DNA of 64,000 nt from Nitrosopumilus sp. (GCA_965207445.1 CBDBLX010000002.1:2103849-2167848), one strand, 5' to 3'; positions 1 to 10,302 are shown, counted from the first letter of the stretch. A program made the numbers and translations. The notes: generated from the sequence alone by a model not told the origin.

Positions 1-141
1 GACAACAAGCGACTAGTTGCTTTATCAGCATCAGATAATCTGATGAAAGGTGCAGCAGGTTCTGCCATACAAAACATGAATGTAATGTGTGGTTTTGAGG
101 AAGCAGAAGGGTTATTGCACACACCATTGACACCAGTATAA
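1..141 (+). CDS. lysY: 3' end of LysW-aminoadipyl/glutamyl-phosphate reductase (LysY/ArgC), partial
   Basis: Frame 1 reads [46 protein letters not shown]; DNLxKGAAGxAIQNMN is the ArgC C-terminal motif; lysZ-lysJ follow downstream. Confidence 0.93.
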   Translation, partial: DNKRLVALSASDNLMKGAAGSAIQNMNVMCGFEEAEGLLHTPLTPV

Positions 142-240
142 GCGGTAATACCTTTCTAGAAAGAGCATAAACAATTCCAAATAATGCGCCAGTAGATGTG
201 CCTAAAATTACACCAGCCAATACCTGCCCACCTTTTGCCA
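142..240 (-). repeat. Near-identical copy of an internal cbtA segment (2097-2196)
   Basis: Direct comparison: gcgg(t/c)aatacctttctagaaagagc...cccacctttt(t)gcca; one substitution and a 1-bp deletion. Confidence 0.95.
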
Positions 241-327
241 ATGTAAACTGCAGCACAGAACTTGCAGATACAAGTTACATTACAGTTTCAATATCATATT
301 GCAAAAATCTACAGCTTGATCGAGTAT

Positions 328-726
328 CTACAACTGTACCGTATTTGTAAGGTTAGATGTCAGACGCGCACTATGCCATGCGCTTGCAACCACATATGCA
401 CAACTTGTACCAAGTATGATGACTGTAATGTTTGTAAAAGGAGCATGTACAACACCCATAGATATCATTACAAAAAAGGTACTTGAAACCATTGCAACAG
501 TTATCAAGGATGCATGCATTTTTGTGCGAATACCTGTATGTCCATATACTATTACAACAAAGCATAGCAATATAGGCAGTGCACATAATGACCAAAGTCC
601 AATGTCAATTGGCACAGAGTAAAGCATAGGTATGACAGATACAATTGACGCACCTGCAAACATATATCCAAGCAAAGTTTTTATCATGTCCCCAACCCCG
701 AAATAAAATTCATTATCATATCCCAA
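328..726 (-). CDS. Hypothetical membrane protein (about 4 TM), possibly degenerate at the 5' end
   Basis: Hydrophobic ORF; an upstream in-frame ATG GAT TCG is followed by TGA. Confidence 0.45.
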   Translation of the reverse strand: MGYDNEFYFGVGDMIKTLLGYMFAGASIVSVIPMLYSVPIDIGLWSLCALPILLCFVVIVYGHTGIRTKMHASLITVAMVSSTFFVMISMGVVHAPFTNITVIILGTSCAYVVASAWHSARLTSNLTNTVQL

Positions 727-804
727 TTTTCACGAATCCATGTTAATCCTTGCCGGCTAACAAAATGCCAAGTATTTCAAGCAATCTTTCTTTGGACATA
801 AAAT

Positions 805-969
805 TCACTCATCTGGCAATGACTCTACTCTTGACTTTAAACCACTTAATTCTTCAAGATAGTTATTCATTGCGCTCACGTTATCATCAGTTGGACCCCC
901 ACTTAGAGAGCGCATCTTTGAAAGTATGACGCCTACTTCTGACGTAAGAGATTCTTCCGTATCACTCAT
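805..969 (-). CDS. Small helical hypothetical protein, 54 aa (MSDTEESLTSEV...RVESLPDE)
   Basis: Manual translation; TTATATA box about 22 nt upstream of the ATG. Confidence 0.4.
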   Translation of the reverse strand: MSDTEESLTSEVGVILSKMRSLSGGPTDDNVSAMNNYLEELSGLKSRVESLPDE

Positions 970-1050
970 GTGTATTGTATACATATTTCATATATAAGTA
1001 ATTAGATTCGAGGATTATTTGAAAACTCGATTGATGGAACTGTAGTTGGT

Positions 1051-1100
1051 TTTTGAGGAAGCAGAATGGTTGTTGCACACACCGTTGACACCGGTATAAG
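1051..1100 (+). repeat. Second copy of the lysY 3' end (93-142)
   Basis: ttttgaggaagcagaa...gacaccggtataag matches with 4 substitutions. Confidence 0.93.
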
Positions 1101-1375
1101 GTTAGATTGTATAGTGTGTTTCAAAGTACTAAGAAACAATTTATACATACATATGCAATCATACTCTTTCTAAAAGACAGATTTTCACATTTATCTTTGT
1201 GACGCTTTTCTTCAAAAAAGCACAATCTAACTCTGCATTAAATACTAGTCTGTATAGTAATTAATTCACTTTGTATAGTATATTGTGTTAAGTTTTAGAT
1301 TTTCATAAAGATAATTAAATATTCATATATTTTTATTTGGTTTGATGATATCTTGTTTATTGTTTCTAGTTATGT

Positions 1376-1423
1376 ACTCAAAATCACACTCAAAATCACA
1401 CTCAAAATTATACTCAAAATCAC
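1376..1423. repeat. 12-bp tandem repeat ACTCAAAATCAC x4
   Basis: Direct reading; one unit is degenerate. Confidence 0.85.
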
Positions 1424-1650
1424 ACATAACACCATTACACATCTTACAAATTACTGTGGTCAAAAATTACAACTATTTTACCATGAGACTTTGTAGTATG
1501 TTTGAAATCGGCGCACCCCACCCATTTACATCAAGAAACACGTATCATACGCCCAATTTATTATAAAATAAAAATGAAAAGTATATACTAATCACATACA
1601 TTTTTACTATAAAGACAAATAGATGAAATAATCACAGGATATAGAATTTA

Positions 1651-2391
1651 TCATCTTGGAGTGTTGTCTATTGACTTGCCATCAGATTCAAGTCTAAACT
1701 TTTGCCAAAGTGCACCCATGACAAAGGCAAGGGTTATCCAAAATATCGTAACTGCAATAACTGACATTACCCTGAATCCGTTGACCAAATCCATCGGGGC
1801 CGTAACTTCGTCGGGGTTTGGTGGCATTAGTGCAAACACACATACAATAAATACTGCATAGCCAGCAAATGCTACAAACTTTTTGCCCTTTGCCAATCTC
1901 TTATAAAGTTGATAAAATCCTACGACCCCAAATCCAGAGATTGCAATAAATGATAGATACAAAATTGCACGCAGTACTACAGTTTCACCATCTCCAACTG
2001 TTGGAGGGTTTGCAGGATATTTCAAAAACGGAATGATGTAAATTGAAAACCACATTACAGTAGCCAACACAAACGCCTTTTTCATGTCACTTCCTTGCGG
2101 CAATACCTTTCTAGAAAGAGCATAAACAATTCCAAATAATGCGCCAGTAGATGTGCCTAAAATTACACCAGCCAATACCTGCCCACCTTTTTGCCAGTCT
2201 CTGTAAGTTGTGTACTCTACCCAGAACTCTGGTGTGTCTTTCTCCTCACCAGATGCAAACAAATTTTGATTCTCTATTCCAATTGCCTCATCCAAATACG
2301 GCTCAACAATTACAAGATTTGCCATTCCATGAACGGTTCCAGCAAATGCACCAGATATCAAAACTATTGTAAGAAAAAGAGCGGTCTTCAT
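1651..2391 (-). CDS. cbtA: Cobalt transporter CbtA-family membrane subunit
   Basis: PFLKYPANPPTVG motif, multiple TM helices, adjacent cbtB. Confidence 0.9.
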   Translation of the reverse strand: MKTALFLTIVLISGAFAGTVHGMANLVIVEPYLDEAIGIENQNLFASGEEKDTPEFWVEYTTYRDWQKGGQVLAGVILGTSTGALFGIVYALSRKVLPQGSDMKKAFVLATVMWFSIYIIPFLKYPANPPTVGDGETVVLRAILYLSFIAISGFGVVGFYQLYKRLAKGKKFVAFAGYAVFIVCVFALMPPNPDEVTAPMDLVNGFRVMSVIAVTIFWITLAFVMGALWQKFRLESDGKSIDNTPR

Positions 2392-2409
2392 ATTATATCA
2401 CTTTGTAGT

Positions 2410-2628
2410 TTAATGACATGGAAAGCCTGCAGCATGTCTCATATCATGTGTCAATTCGTGAATGTAGAGATCTTCAAATGCCTGTTCTCCAAATGCAATA
2501 CTAAAGATGTGTCCTTGATCATACCCTACAACAAACAAACCAAACGCAAAGACAAACGCCAAGATTACGATTGCAAAAATTGGAATAGGTCTATCTGTTG
2601 TTGTAACTTGTGTTGGTGATGTTGACAT
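2410..2628 (-). CDS. cbtB: Cobalt transporter CbtB subunit
   Basis: C-terminal HELTHDMRHAAGFPCH signature. Confidence 0.93.
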   Translation of the reverse strand: MSTSPTQVTTTDRPIPIFAIVILAFVFAFGLFVVGYDQGHIFSIAFGEQAFEDLYIHELTHDMRHAAGFPCH

Positions 2629-2660
2629 ATAATCCAGAAAAAATGCCTTGTTATTAAACC

Positions 2661-2679
2661 ATTGGACGTCTCATCCAAT
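2661..2679. promoter_or_regulatory. Palindrome ATTGGA-N7-TCCAAT next to the cbtB TATA box; candidate operator
   Basis: Perfect 6-bp arms immediately upstream (minus strand) of TTTAATAA at 2651-2658. Confidence 0.45.
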
Positions 2680-2732
2680 TTATATAGCTGACACATTAGA
2701 TAATTTGGCAAATTATCCTCATACATATACAG

Positions 2733-2811
2733 GTACAGTTCAACCTCTTCCCAAATTTAGGCACAAATTTACCGCCTAACGTCTGGCGCAGGTACGGGGT
2801 TGAACGGTTAC
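2733..2811. mobile_element. MITE family 1 (about 80 bp, TIR GTAACCGTTCAAC/GTTGAACGGTTAC)
   Basis: Homologous to copies at 11496, 20957, 21038, 25363 and 28714. Confidence 0.8.
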
Positions 2812-2902
2812 ATGGCATCAAGGCCAGTAAGTTATATCGTATAAAAAACAGACAGATTATTCAATACGTTATATATATAGTAAAATAAGCAATTAAGAGC
2901 AA

Positions 2903-3544
2903 ATGCACAATCAGATCAAAATTCTACAAAGTATTATTACAAAAAAGAGATCTAACAAGATCTTAACATTTAGTGCACCACATGTTTTTTTGGCATTAGA
3001 GTTGTTATCAGGACAAAAGTACACAAGTAGAAAGACACTTTGCAAAGAGTTGCACATAGGTGAAGGTGCTACGAGAACATTAGTATCACACCTAAAACAA
3101 TCCGGACTTGCAGATTCAATCAGGGCAGGAACATATCTTACACAAAAAGGAGTACGTTTTGCAAAGAAATTCTTCGAGGTCATTCCGTCTCAATGTACAT
3201 TCAATCTATGTCATATTGCAAAGGCCAAATACAATCACGGAGTTCTTTTAAGAGATTATGCAACATATGTTAAAAGTGGAATAGACCAGCGCGACTATGC
3301 AATATTATATGGAGCAAAAGGCGCAACTACACTATCCTTTGAAAACAATCGATTTGTCTTTGTCGGAGAGACAAAGGATTGTCTAAGAGATGATCCAAAA
3401 ACAAAAAACATTCTACTAGAAAATCTAAAACCTCAAGAAAACGATCTCATCATAATCGGATCATCTGATGAAAAGTTTGTTGCAAAGATATCTGCAATAA
3501 ACTCTGTGTTATGTACACTAATGTCTCATGAAAAACATCATTAG
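2903..3544 (+). CDS. Winged-HTH regulator with a C-terminal DUF4443-like ligand-binding domain
   Basis: SRKTLCKELHIGEGATRTL HTH; GIDQRDYAILYGAKGATT motif; divergent from cbtBA. Confidence 0.8.
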   Translation: MHNQIKILQSIITKKRSNKILTFSAPHVFLALELLSGQKYTSRKTLCKELHIGEGATRTLVSHLKQSGLADSIRAGTYLTQKGVRFAKKFFEVIPSQCTFNLCHIAKAKYNHGVLLRDYATYVKSGIDQRDYAILYGAKGATTLSFENNRFVFVGETKDCLRDDPKTKNILLENLKPQENDLIIIGSSDEKFVAKISAINSVLCTLMSHEKHH

Positions 3545-3924
3545 AGTTACATATTTTTAATCTAGTCTATCCACTTTGGCAACAAGATGGAACTAAATAA
3601 TCATATAGATTAGTAGATCTAAACATATTATTAATTAACATATACGTATCATACAAACAGGCAGGATGTAAAAGGCCAGGATACAAAAGGTCATTTTATT
3701 GTCAAATTATAAATAATCATATTTATGTGAAGGTATTGGTATAACGCTGTGTAAACACAGAAAAGCTGGCAACAGTATCAGTGTAAAAAAGCAGGTAAAA
3801 GAATTACTAGTTAAAATATGATTTCTGTATTTCACCCCAATTACATAGGTGAACAGTACAAATAAAACAAAACAAAACAATACAATACATATCATTATTA
3901 TTGAGAATATAGACACAATGGATA

Positions 3925-4725
3925 ATGATTACCATAAAAATAGGCGGAAGTGTGGTAGATGAGATGCATCCATCAGTAATACAAGATCTCAAAAAAGTGG
4001 CACGTTATGAGAGTGTGATTATAGTGCATGGTGGCGGTAAGTCGGTAACAGAGATGTCTCAAAAGATGGGAAAAGAGCCTAGATTTGTCACGTCGCCTAG
4101 TGGCATCAAGAGTAGATATACAGACAAGGAGACAGCAGAGATATTTACAATGGTGATGTCAGGAAAAATAAACAAGGAAATAGTTCGACTCTTACAAGAA
4201 AACGGCATAAACGCAGTAGGATTATCAGGTGTAGATGCGTGTCTGATAAGGGCAAAACGTAAACAAAAATTAATCATAATAAATGATAAAGGTCGCAAGC
4301 AGATAATTGATGGTGGATACACAGGAAAGATAACAGAAGTAAATTCAGGATTTATCAAGAATCTACTTGGGCAAGGAATCATTCCAGTAATATCGCCTGT
4401 TGCAATAAGTGAAGAGTATGATATGCTCAATGTGGATGGGGACAGGGCGGCTGCAAATGTTGCAGGTGCGACAAGGTGTGACAAGGTACTGTTTGTCACA
4501 AATGTCGATGGACTAGTATTAGATGACAAGCTCGTAACAAAAATCTCAAAACAAGATGCAGAAAAAGCAATGCCAAGTATAGGTCCAGGTATGGAAAAAA
4601 AGATATTGGCATCCACAGAAGCAATTGAGATGGGTGTGCATACTGCATTGATTGCAAATGGAAAACGAGAAAACCCAATATCAATGGCAATAGCAGAGAA
4701 TAATTGTACTGTAATTAGGGAATGA
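3925..4725 (+). CDS. lysZ: LysW-aminoadipate/glutamate kinase
   Basis: IKIGGS, IVHGGG and NVDGDRAA amino-acid-kinase motifs; operon context. Confidence 0.93.
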   Translation: MITIKIGGSVVDEMHPSVIQDLKKVARYESVIIVHGGGKSVTEMSQKMGKEPRFVTSPSGIKSRYTDKETAEIFTMVMSGKINKEIVRLLQENGINAVGLSGVDACLIRAKRKQKLIIINDKGRKQIIDGGYTGKITEVNSGFIKNLLGQGIIPVISPVAISEEYDMLNVDGDRAAANVAGATRCDKVLFVTNVDGLVLDDKLVTKISKQDAEKAMPSIGPGMEKKILASTEAIEMGVHTALIANGKRENPISMAIAENNCTVIRE

Positions 4726-6035
4726 GTAAGATGTCTGATCATAGTAATGGTAATAACAACAATAATAGTAACGACAATAATAGTAACGACAATAGCAATA
4801 GAAATGACGGCAATAGTAAGGGTAACAACAACAACATAACAAACAAAGAAGACATTTACATGGGAAAGCTCTATCAGAGATTTCCCGTCACAGTAGAGCG
4901 TGGCGAGGGCGCACACATTTGGGATGTAAACAAGAATCAATATATCGACTGCATGGCAGGATATGGAGTTGCACTAGTAGGCCACCACAACAAGCGAGTC
5001 AATGATGCGATCATAAACCAACTCGACAAGATAATTACAGTACATAGTTCGTTGTACAACCAGACTCGAGAAAGATTTTTGGAAAAATTGATCAGTCTAG
5101 CTCCAAAAAACTTGGATCAGGTACACCTGAACAACAGTGGTGCAGAAGCAATAGAGGCTGCAATGAAATTTGCAAAAAAATACACTGGACGCAAAAAGAT
5201 GGTAGCTATGAAGGGCTCGTATCATGGCAAGTCACTTGGCGCCCTGTCAATCACGTTTGGTCCCAAATATAGAAAACCATTTGAGCCGCTTATACAAGGA
5301 GCAGAGTTTACAACGTTCGGTGACACCCAAGCACTATATGATACAGTAGATAAAGATACAGCATTTGTAATAATTGAACCTGTTCAAGGCGAGAGTGGGA
5401 TAAATGTTGCACCACCGGACTTTTTACAAAAAGCCAGAAACATATGTGACGAGTTTGGGGCATTGTTGATATTCGATGAGATCCAAGCAGGGCTTGGTAG
5501 AACAGGCAAACTGTGGGCATCAGAGCACTGGGGTGTTGCACCTGACATATTATGTCTTGCAAAGGGAATTGCAGGGGGTGTTCCGATGGGAGCTACAATA
5601 ACAAAATCAGAGATACTAGGTACAATGTCAAAGGGCGAGCACTCATCCACATTTGGCGGTAACCCACTATCGTGTGCAGCAGGAACTGCGACACTAGATG
5701 CACTCACACAAGATGGACTCGTAGAGAATGCAGATATAGTTGGACGAATATTTGCAGATGGCTTGCAAAAACTAAAAGAGAAACATCCAAAAATGATCAG
5801 AGACGTTCGCGGTATGGGATTAATGATTGGAGTAGAGTTAAAGTTTGAGGTTAGAGGTATACTTGAGCGATTAATCAATAGAGGAGTGTTAATGCTATAC
5901 TCTGGGCGAAACATACTTCGAGTGCTCCCACCGCTTGTAATATCAAAAGAGCAGGCATCGACAGTTTTAAGCACACTAGATGTTGTATTGGAAGAAGAGT
6001 TAAAGGCAAGACAAGGAGGCATCAATACACAATGA
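4722..6035 (+). CDS. lysJ: LysW-lysine/ornithine aminotransferase (class III PLP) with an Asn-rich N-terminal extension
   Basis: LLIFDEIQAGLGRTG, LAKGIAGG, STFGGNPL. Confidence 0.93.
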   Translation: MSKMSDHSNGNNNNNSNDNNSNDNSNRNDGNSKGNNNNITNKEDIYMGKLYQRFPVTVERGEGAHIWDVNKNQYIDCMAGYGVALVGHHNKRVNDAIINQLDKIITVHSSLYNQTRERFLEKLISLAPKNLDQVHLNNSGAEAIEAAMKFAKKYTGRKKMVAMKGSYHGKSLGALSITFGPKYRKPFEPLIQGAEFTTFGDTQALYDTVDKDTAFVIIEPVQGESGINVAPPDFLQKARNICDEFGALLIFDEIQAGLGRTGKLWASEHWGVAPDILCLAKGIAGGVPMGATITKSEILGTMSKGEHSSTFGGNPLSCAAGTATLDALTQDGLVENADIVGRIFADGLQKLKEKHPKMIRDVRGMGLMIGVELKFEVRGILERLINRGVLMLYSGRNILRVLPPLVISKEQASTVLSTLDVVLEEELKARQGGINTQ

Positions 6036-6457
6036 CACAGGTAAGAGACAAGACAGATGAGCAGATAATAAAGATGCTAAAGGAAAACTCACGTGTGCCA
6101 TTTGTTGATATTGGAAAGAAGATAGGCATCTCAGAGTCTGCGATCAGAAGGCGAGTAAAGAATTTACTTGATGGTAAGATAATCTCAAAATTTACAGTAG
6201 AGATGGGTGAGTCAGATCAGACAAGTGCCATTGTTTTTGTATCCACTGACTCGTCAATTGACACATCAAAGATATCTGCTAAATTATCAAAGATCGACGA
6301 GGTCAAAGTGGTATATGAAATTACAGGTCAATACGATATTGCAACTGTCATCAGTGCATTAAATATGAGTGACATCAATGCTGCAATTGACACGCTCAGA
6401 AAGATCAGTGGTGTTACGGATACGAATACGATAATAATACTCAAAAAAGTTACATGA
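6032..6457 (+). CDS. lysM: Lrp/AsnC-family regulator LysM
   Basis: HTH ISESAIRRRVKNL; YEITGQYDI; inside the lys operon. Confidence 0.88.
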   Translation: MTQVRDKTDEQIIKMLKENSRVPFVDIGKKIGISESAIRRRVKNLLDGKIISKFTVEMGESDQTSAIVFVSTDSSIDTSKISAKLSKIDEVKVVYEITGQYDIATVISALNMSDINAAIDTLRKISGVTDTNTIIILKKVT

Positions 6458-6555
6458 TCGATATTCGTACACTTTTTTCATATATGTGTCGAATATCATA
6501 AATAAACATCATAGAATCATCGAATAATGTACGATTATGCTTATATTTTCCTATT

Positions 6556-7902
6556 GTGGATAATTCACATATGGGAACAAGAAAAAATAAAAGCAAAGAC
6601 TCGCATAGATATGCAAAAAAAAGTACACGTGTGCGTCGTACACAGGCAACAACAACTACTACTACCACCGCCACCGCAACACACAACAATAAACCAAAAC
6701 ACGATGATGCAAACATTCATGCATACGCATACAATACACTAGGACTCAAAAACAGAATTCTAAACGGTAACACAGAAAAAGACAGTAGAAAGATACGCAT
6801 ACTAGACAGCACACTAAGGGAAGGAGAACAACACCCAGGAGTCACCTTTACAAACAAACAGAGAATTCAGATAGCATGGATGCTAGACTATTTTGGAGTT
6901 GACCAAATAGAGATATCACCAGTAATATCAAAAGATCACAAGGAAGCTACAAAGACCATAATAAAACAGGACTTGCAGGCAGATATAGTAGCTCACGGAA
7001 GGGCAATTAGAGAGGATATTGATACGGCAATTGACTGCAAGGCAAAATGGTGTGCTGCTTATTTAGGAATATCAGATGTGCATCTCAAAGACAAACTTCG
7101 AATAACACGTAAAGAGGCAATTAGACGTGCAGTAGACACGGTTGAATACGCAAAAGAGCACGGACTGCACATTAGATTTACAGTAGAGGATGGTAGTAGA
7201 GCCGATCCGGAGTTTCTTATATCACTGTGCAAGCAGATACAAGATGTAAAAGTTGACCGCATTAGTTTACCTGACACAGTCGGAGTGATGCATCCAGCAG
7301 GAATGTATGAGTTTGTCAAGGCAGTCAAAGCAGAGATCAATGTGCCACTTGATGTACATGTGCACAATGACATGGGACTAGCAGTAGCAAATGCAATATC
7401 AGCATGCGATGCAGGAGTAGATCAGATACACACAACAATAGATGGTATAGGTGAGAGGACAGGCATACCACCACTAGCAGAGGTTTCAGTTGTGTTGACA
7501 TACTTGTACCAATCAAACAATGACTTTAGACTAGACATGCTACAGGACCTCTCAAGGATGATCGAAGAGTATACAAAGATACCACCATACGACTCAAAAC
7601 CAATAGTAGGTACATCAGCATACAAACACAAGGCAGGAACACATCTTGCGGCCATATTACGCAATCCTACTGCGTATGAGCCAATACCTCCAAGGACTGT
7701 AGGAAATAAAAGAAGAATAGTGTTCGGGGAATTGGCAGGAAAGACAGGAGCTGCGTATTTAATGTCACTTTTAGGGTTGGGAAATGATGAAGAGCAAGCA
7801 AAACATATGGCAAGTGGATTAAAAGAGCTTAGAATGGGAGATTTAATTGATCTGCCATTGAGTGACAACCTTGAGAGAAAGATGACAGAATTAAAGGATT
7901 AA
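6556..7902 (+). CDS. hcs: Homocitrate synthase (LeuA/DRE-TIM family); start uncertain, long low-complexity N-terminus
   Basis: LDSTLREGEQ, HVHNDMG, GIGERTG, HKAGTH; lys operon context. Confidence 0.85.
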   Translation: MDNSHMGTRKNKSKDSHRYAKKSTRVRRTQATTTTTTTATATHNNKPKHDDANIHAYAYNTLGLKNRILNGNTEKDSRKIRILDSTLREGEQHPGVTFTNKQRIQIAWMLDYFGVDQIEISPVISKDHKEATKTIIKQDLQADIVAHGRAIREDIDTAIDCKAKWCAAYLGISDVHLKDKLRITRKEAIRRAVDTVEYAKEHGLHIRFTVEDGSRADPEFLISLCKQIQDVKVDRISLPDTVGVMHPAGMYEFVKAVKAEINVPLDVHVHNDMGLAVANAISACDAGVDQIHTTIDGIGERTGIPPLAEVSVVLTYLYQSNNDFRLDMLQDLSRMIEEYTKIPPYDSKPIVGTSAYKHKAGTHLAAILRNPTAYEPIPPRTVGNKRRIVFGELAGKTGAAYLMSLLGLGNDEEQAKHMASGLKELRMGDLIDLPLSDNLERKMTELKD

Positions 7903-8009
7903 AATGAGTGTACGATGAATAACTATATTTTATCAAAAATTAACGTATTATATGGTCCATAAAACAATTGATCGCAACCATGATAAACATGTGATAGAGA
8001 GTGTAAGAT

Positions 8010-8177
8010 ATGGCAAATTGTGAGGAATGCGATGCAGAGATTCCCATTCCAGCCGACACGTTAGAAGGTGAGATTGTGACATGCCCCGAATGCGGTGCAA
8101 GCTTTGAGATAAAGGCTGGAGCAAATGGTTTTGAGCTCAGGCCAGCCCAAACAGTCGGCGAGGATTGGGGGCAGTGA
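8010..8177 (+). CDS. lysW: Amino-group carrier protein LysW, 55 aa, ending EDWGQ (absent from the ORF track)
   Basis: MANCEECDAEIPIPADTLEGEIVTCPECGASFEIKAGANGFELRPAQTVGEDWGQ*; two CxxC knuckles; overlaps the lysX GTG start. Confidence 0.93.
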   Translation: MANCEECDAEIPIPADTLEGEIVTCPECGASFEIKAGANGFELRPAQTVGEDWGQ

Positions 8178-9082
8178 ATCCTGACGTTACTGTTCTTTAT
8201 GATACTATCCGATGGGAAGAAAAAGCCCTATTGGAAGCAAGTAAGAGAGCAGGCATAAATGTACGCATGTTAGACTGCAAAGACTTGGCATTGGGGTTAG
8301 GTAAGGGAGATAATGTCATAGATCATAATAATAATAATAATAATAAACATCAAAATGCAGACCAAACAGAATATGGAATAGTCCTACAAAGATGCGTCAG
8401 TTATTATAGGAATCTACACTCCACTGCTGCACTTGAAGGACTCGGTATTAAAGTGATCAACTGTCTGCAAACAGGTATCTTGGCAGGCAACAAACTATTT
8501 ACACACATGTTATTACAAAAAGCAAATGTACCAACACCAGATGCCACAATAGCATTCTCAAAAGACGCTGCACTAAAACATCTCAAAGAGTCCGGACTGC
8601 CTGCAGTAATCAAACCGACTGTAGGTAGTTGGGGACGACTAGTCTCCAAGCTTACCAATATGGATGCAGCAGAAGGCATCATAGAAGGAAGAGAAGCAAT
8701 GTATCCAATACACCATACACATTATCTAGAAGAATTTGTTAAAAGACCACCAAGAGATATCAGGGCAATAATGGTAGGAGATGAAATCGTAGCTGCTATT
8801 TACAGAACATCAGAAAGAGGAAACTGGAAGACCAATACGGCTCTTGGGGGAAGAGCAGACCCATGTGAGGTGACAGCAGAGATGGAAGAAATATGCATAA
8901 AAGCAAAAAATGCTGTATATGGCGATATAGTTGGAGTGGATCTTATGGAGGATGAATCAAGAGGTTTGGTAGTACATGAGATTAACAACACAACTGAATA
9001 CAAAAACACAGTCAGAGTTTGTAATGTGGACATACCAAAGATCATGCTAGAGTTTGCAGTAAAGAGATCTAATAGAGGGTGA
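8174..9082 (+). CDS. lysX: Alpha-aminoadipate--LysW ligase (ATP-grasp)
   Basis: IRWEEKAL, KPTVGSWGR, WKTNTALGG, HEINNTTEYKN. Confidence 0.93.
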   Translation: MNPDVTVLYDTIRWEEKALLEASKRAGINVRMLDCKDLALGLGKGDNVIDHNNNNNNKHQNADQTEYGIVLQRCVSYYRNLHSTAALEGLGIKVINCLQTGILAGNKLFTHMLLQKANVPTPDATIAFSKDAALKHLKESGLPAVIKPTVGSWGRLVSKLTNMDAAEGIIEGREAMYPIHHTHYLEEFVKRPPRDIRAIMVGDEIVAAIYRTSERGNWKTNTALGGRADPCEVTAEMEEICIKAKNAVYGDIVGVDLMEDESRGLVVHEINNTTEYKNTVRVCNVDIPKIMLEFAVKRSNRG

Positions 9083-10302
9083 GAGTCTTGAGTAAAGAAG
9101 AGTCGTTGTCAGGTATGCAAGCAGATGATACGCAGTCAGATGATATGCAATCATCAAACGCCCAATCAACTGATCCAGTATCAAGATATGAGACAAAAAT
9201 GCTCAAAAAGGCACTCGAATTGTATACACTATCAAAACACGAGGGTCCAATGGCAGAATTTCTAACAGAAAAATGCAAAGAACTTGGATTTACAGACATT
9301 CGCATAGACGACGTTGGAAATGTAATAGCAAAGAAAGGAAATGGCGCCCCCAACATTATGTTGTGTGGGCATATGGATGTGGTACCAGGTAAGATACAAG
9401 TGCGAATAGAAGGAGATTATTTGTACGGGCGTGGTGCATCAGATGCAAAGGCTCCATTGATGGCAATGCTCTTTACAGCAGCAGCAATACCCAAAGACCA
9501 AGGAACTGTAACGTTTGTAGGTGCCATAGATGAGGAAGGAAACGCAACAGGAATCAAAAATCTTGTCAAAGAGAAGATGGATATTGATTATGCTATATTT
9601 GGTGAGCCAAGTGGCACAAAACAGGTCACTATAGCATACAAGGGAAGACTAGCAATAAACCTCAGAGTAAGATCTAAAGATAGTTCACATGCAAGCGCTC
9701 CATGGCTATCAAAAAATGCAATTACCGAATCCATGGCATTTGCAACAAGACTAAAAGAAGAGTTGGAAGGAAACCAATCAGAAGAAGAAGAGCGTAAAAG
9801 TAAGATTATAACAGCAACTGTAACTATGATTAGGGGAGGGACAAGCCACAACGTCACACCTTCAGAGTGCGAGACTACATTTGATATTAGAATACCCGTG
9901 GGTAGTAGTTGTAAGGAGACAGAGCAGAGAGTCGCAACACTAGTACAAGAGGCAGGAAAACAGCTCGGAGTTGATCCATTTTATTCCATACTAGATGAGA
10001 CAGAACCATTTGAAGCCCCACATAACTCTCCACTTGTCAGAGCATTCACATTAAGTGGATTAAAGACTGATGGCGAACGTCCACGACTAGTACGAAAGAC
10101 AGGTACAGGGGACATGAACGTACTAGGATATGAATGGAAGATACCAGTAGTCACGTATGGTCCCGGAGACCCACACGAAGCGCACACAAAAGATGAAAAA
10201 GTGTCAATTAAAGAATACCTAAAAGGAATAGAGATTCTCAAAGAGACATTAAAGCAATTAAAGATGCTCCATGACAAAAAAATTGCAAGAGCTGTGGCAT
10301 AA
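9079..10302 (+). CDS. lysK: LysW-lysine/ornithine hydrolase (M20 family)
   Basis: CGHMDVV, GRGASDAK, DEEG, GTGDMN, YGPGD. Confidence 0.9.
   Translation: MRVLSKEESLSGMQADDTQSDDMQSSNAQSTDPVSRYETKMLKKALELYTLSKHEGPMAEFLTEKCKELGFTDIRIDDVGNVIAKKGNGAPNIMLCGHMDVVPGKIQVRIEGDYLYGRGASDAKAPLMAMLFTAAAIPKDQGTVTFVGAIDEEGNATGIKNLVKEKMDIDYAIFGEPSGTKQVTIAYKGRLAINLRVRSKDSSHASAPWLSKNAITESMAFATRLKEELEGNQSEEEERKSKIITATVTMIRGGTSHNVTPSECETTFDIRIPVGSSCKETEQRVATLVQEAGKQLGVDPFYSILDETEPFEAPHNSPLVRAFTLSGLKTDGERPRLVRKTGTGDMNVLGYEWKIPVVTYGPGDPHEAHTKDEKVSIKEYLKGIEILKETLKQLKMLHDKKIARAVA

Noticed and set aside
4059..4940. 293-aa antisense ORF and the many similar shadow ORFs in the track
   Set aside because: Opposite strand of well-supported genes; the hydrophobic runs come from reverse-complemented A-rich codons and AAT/AAC repeats
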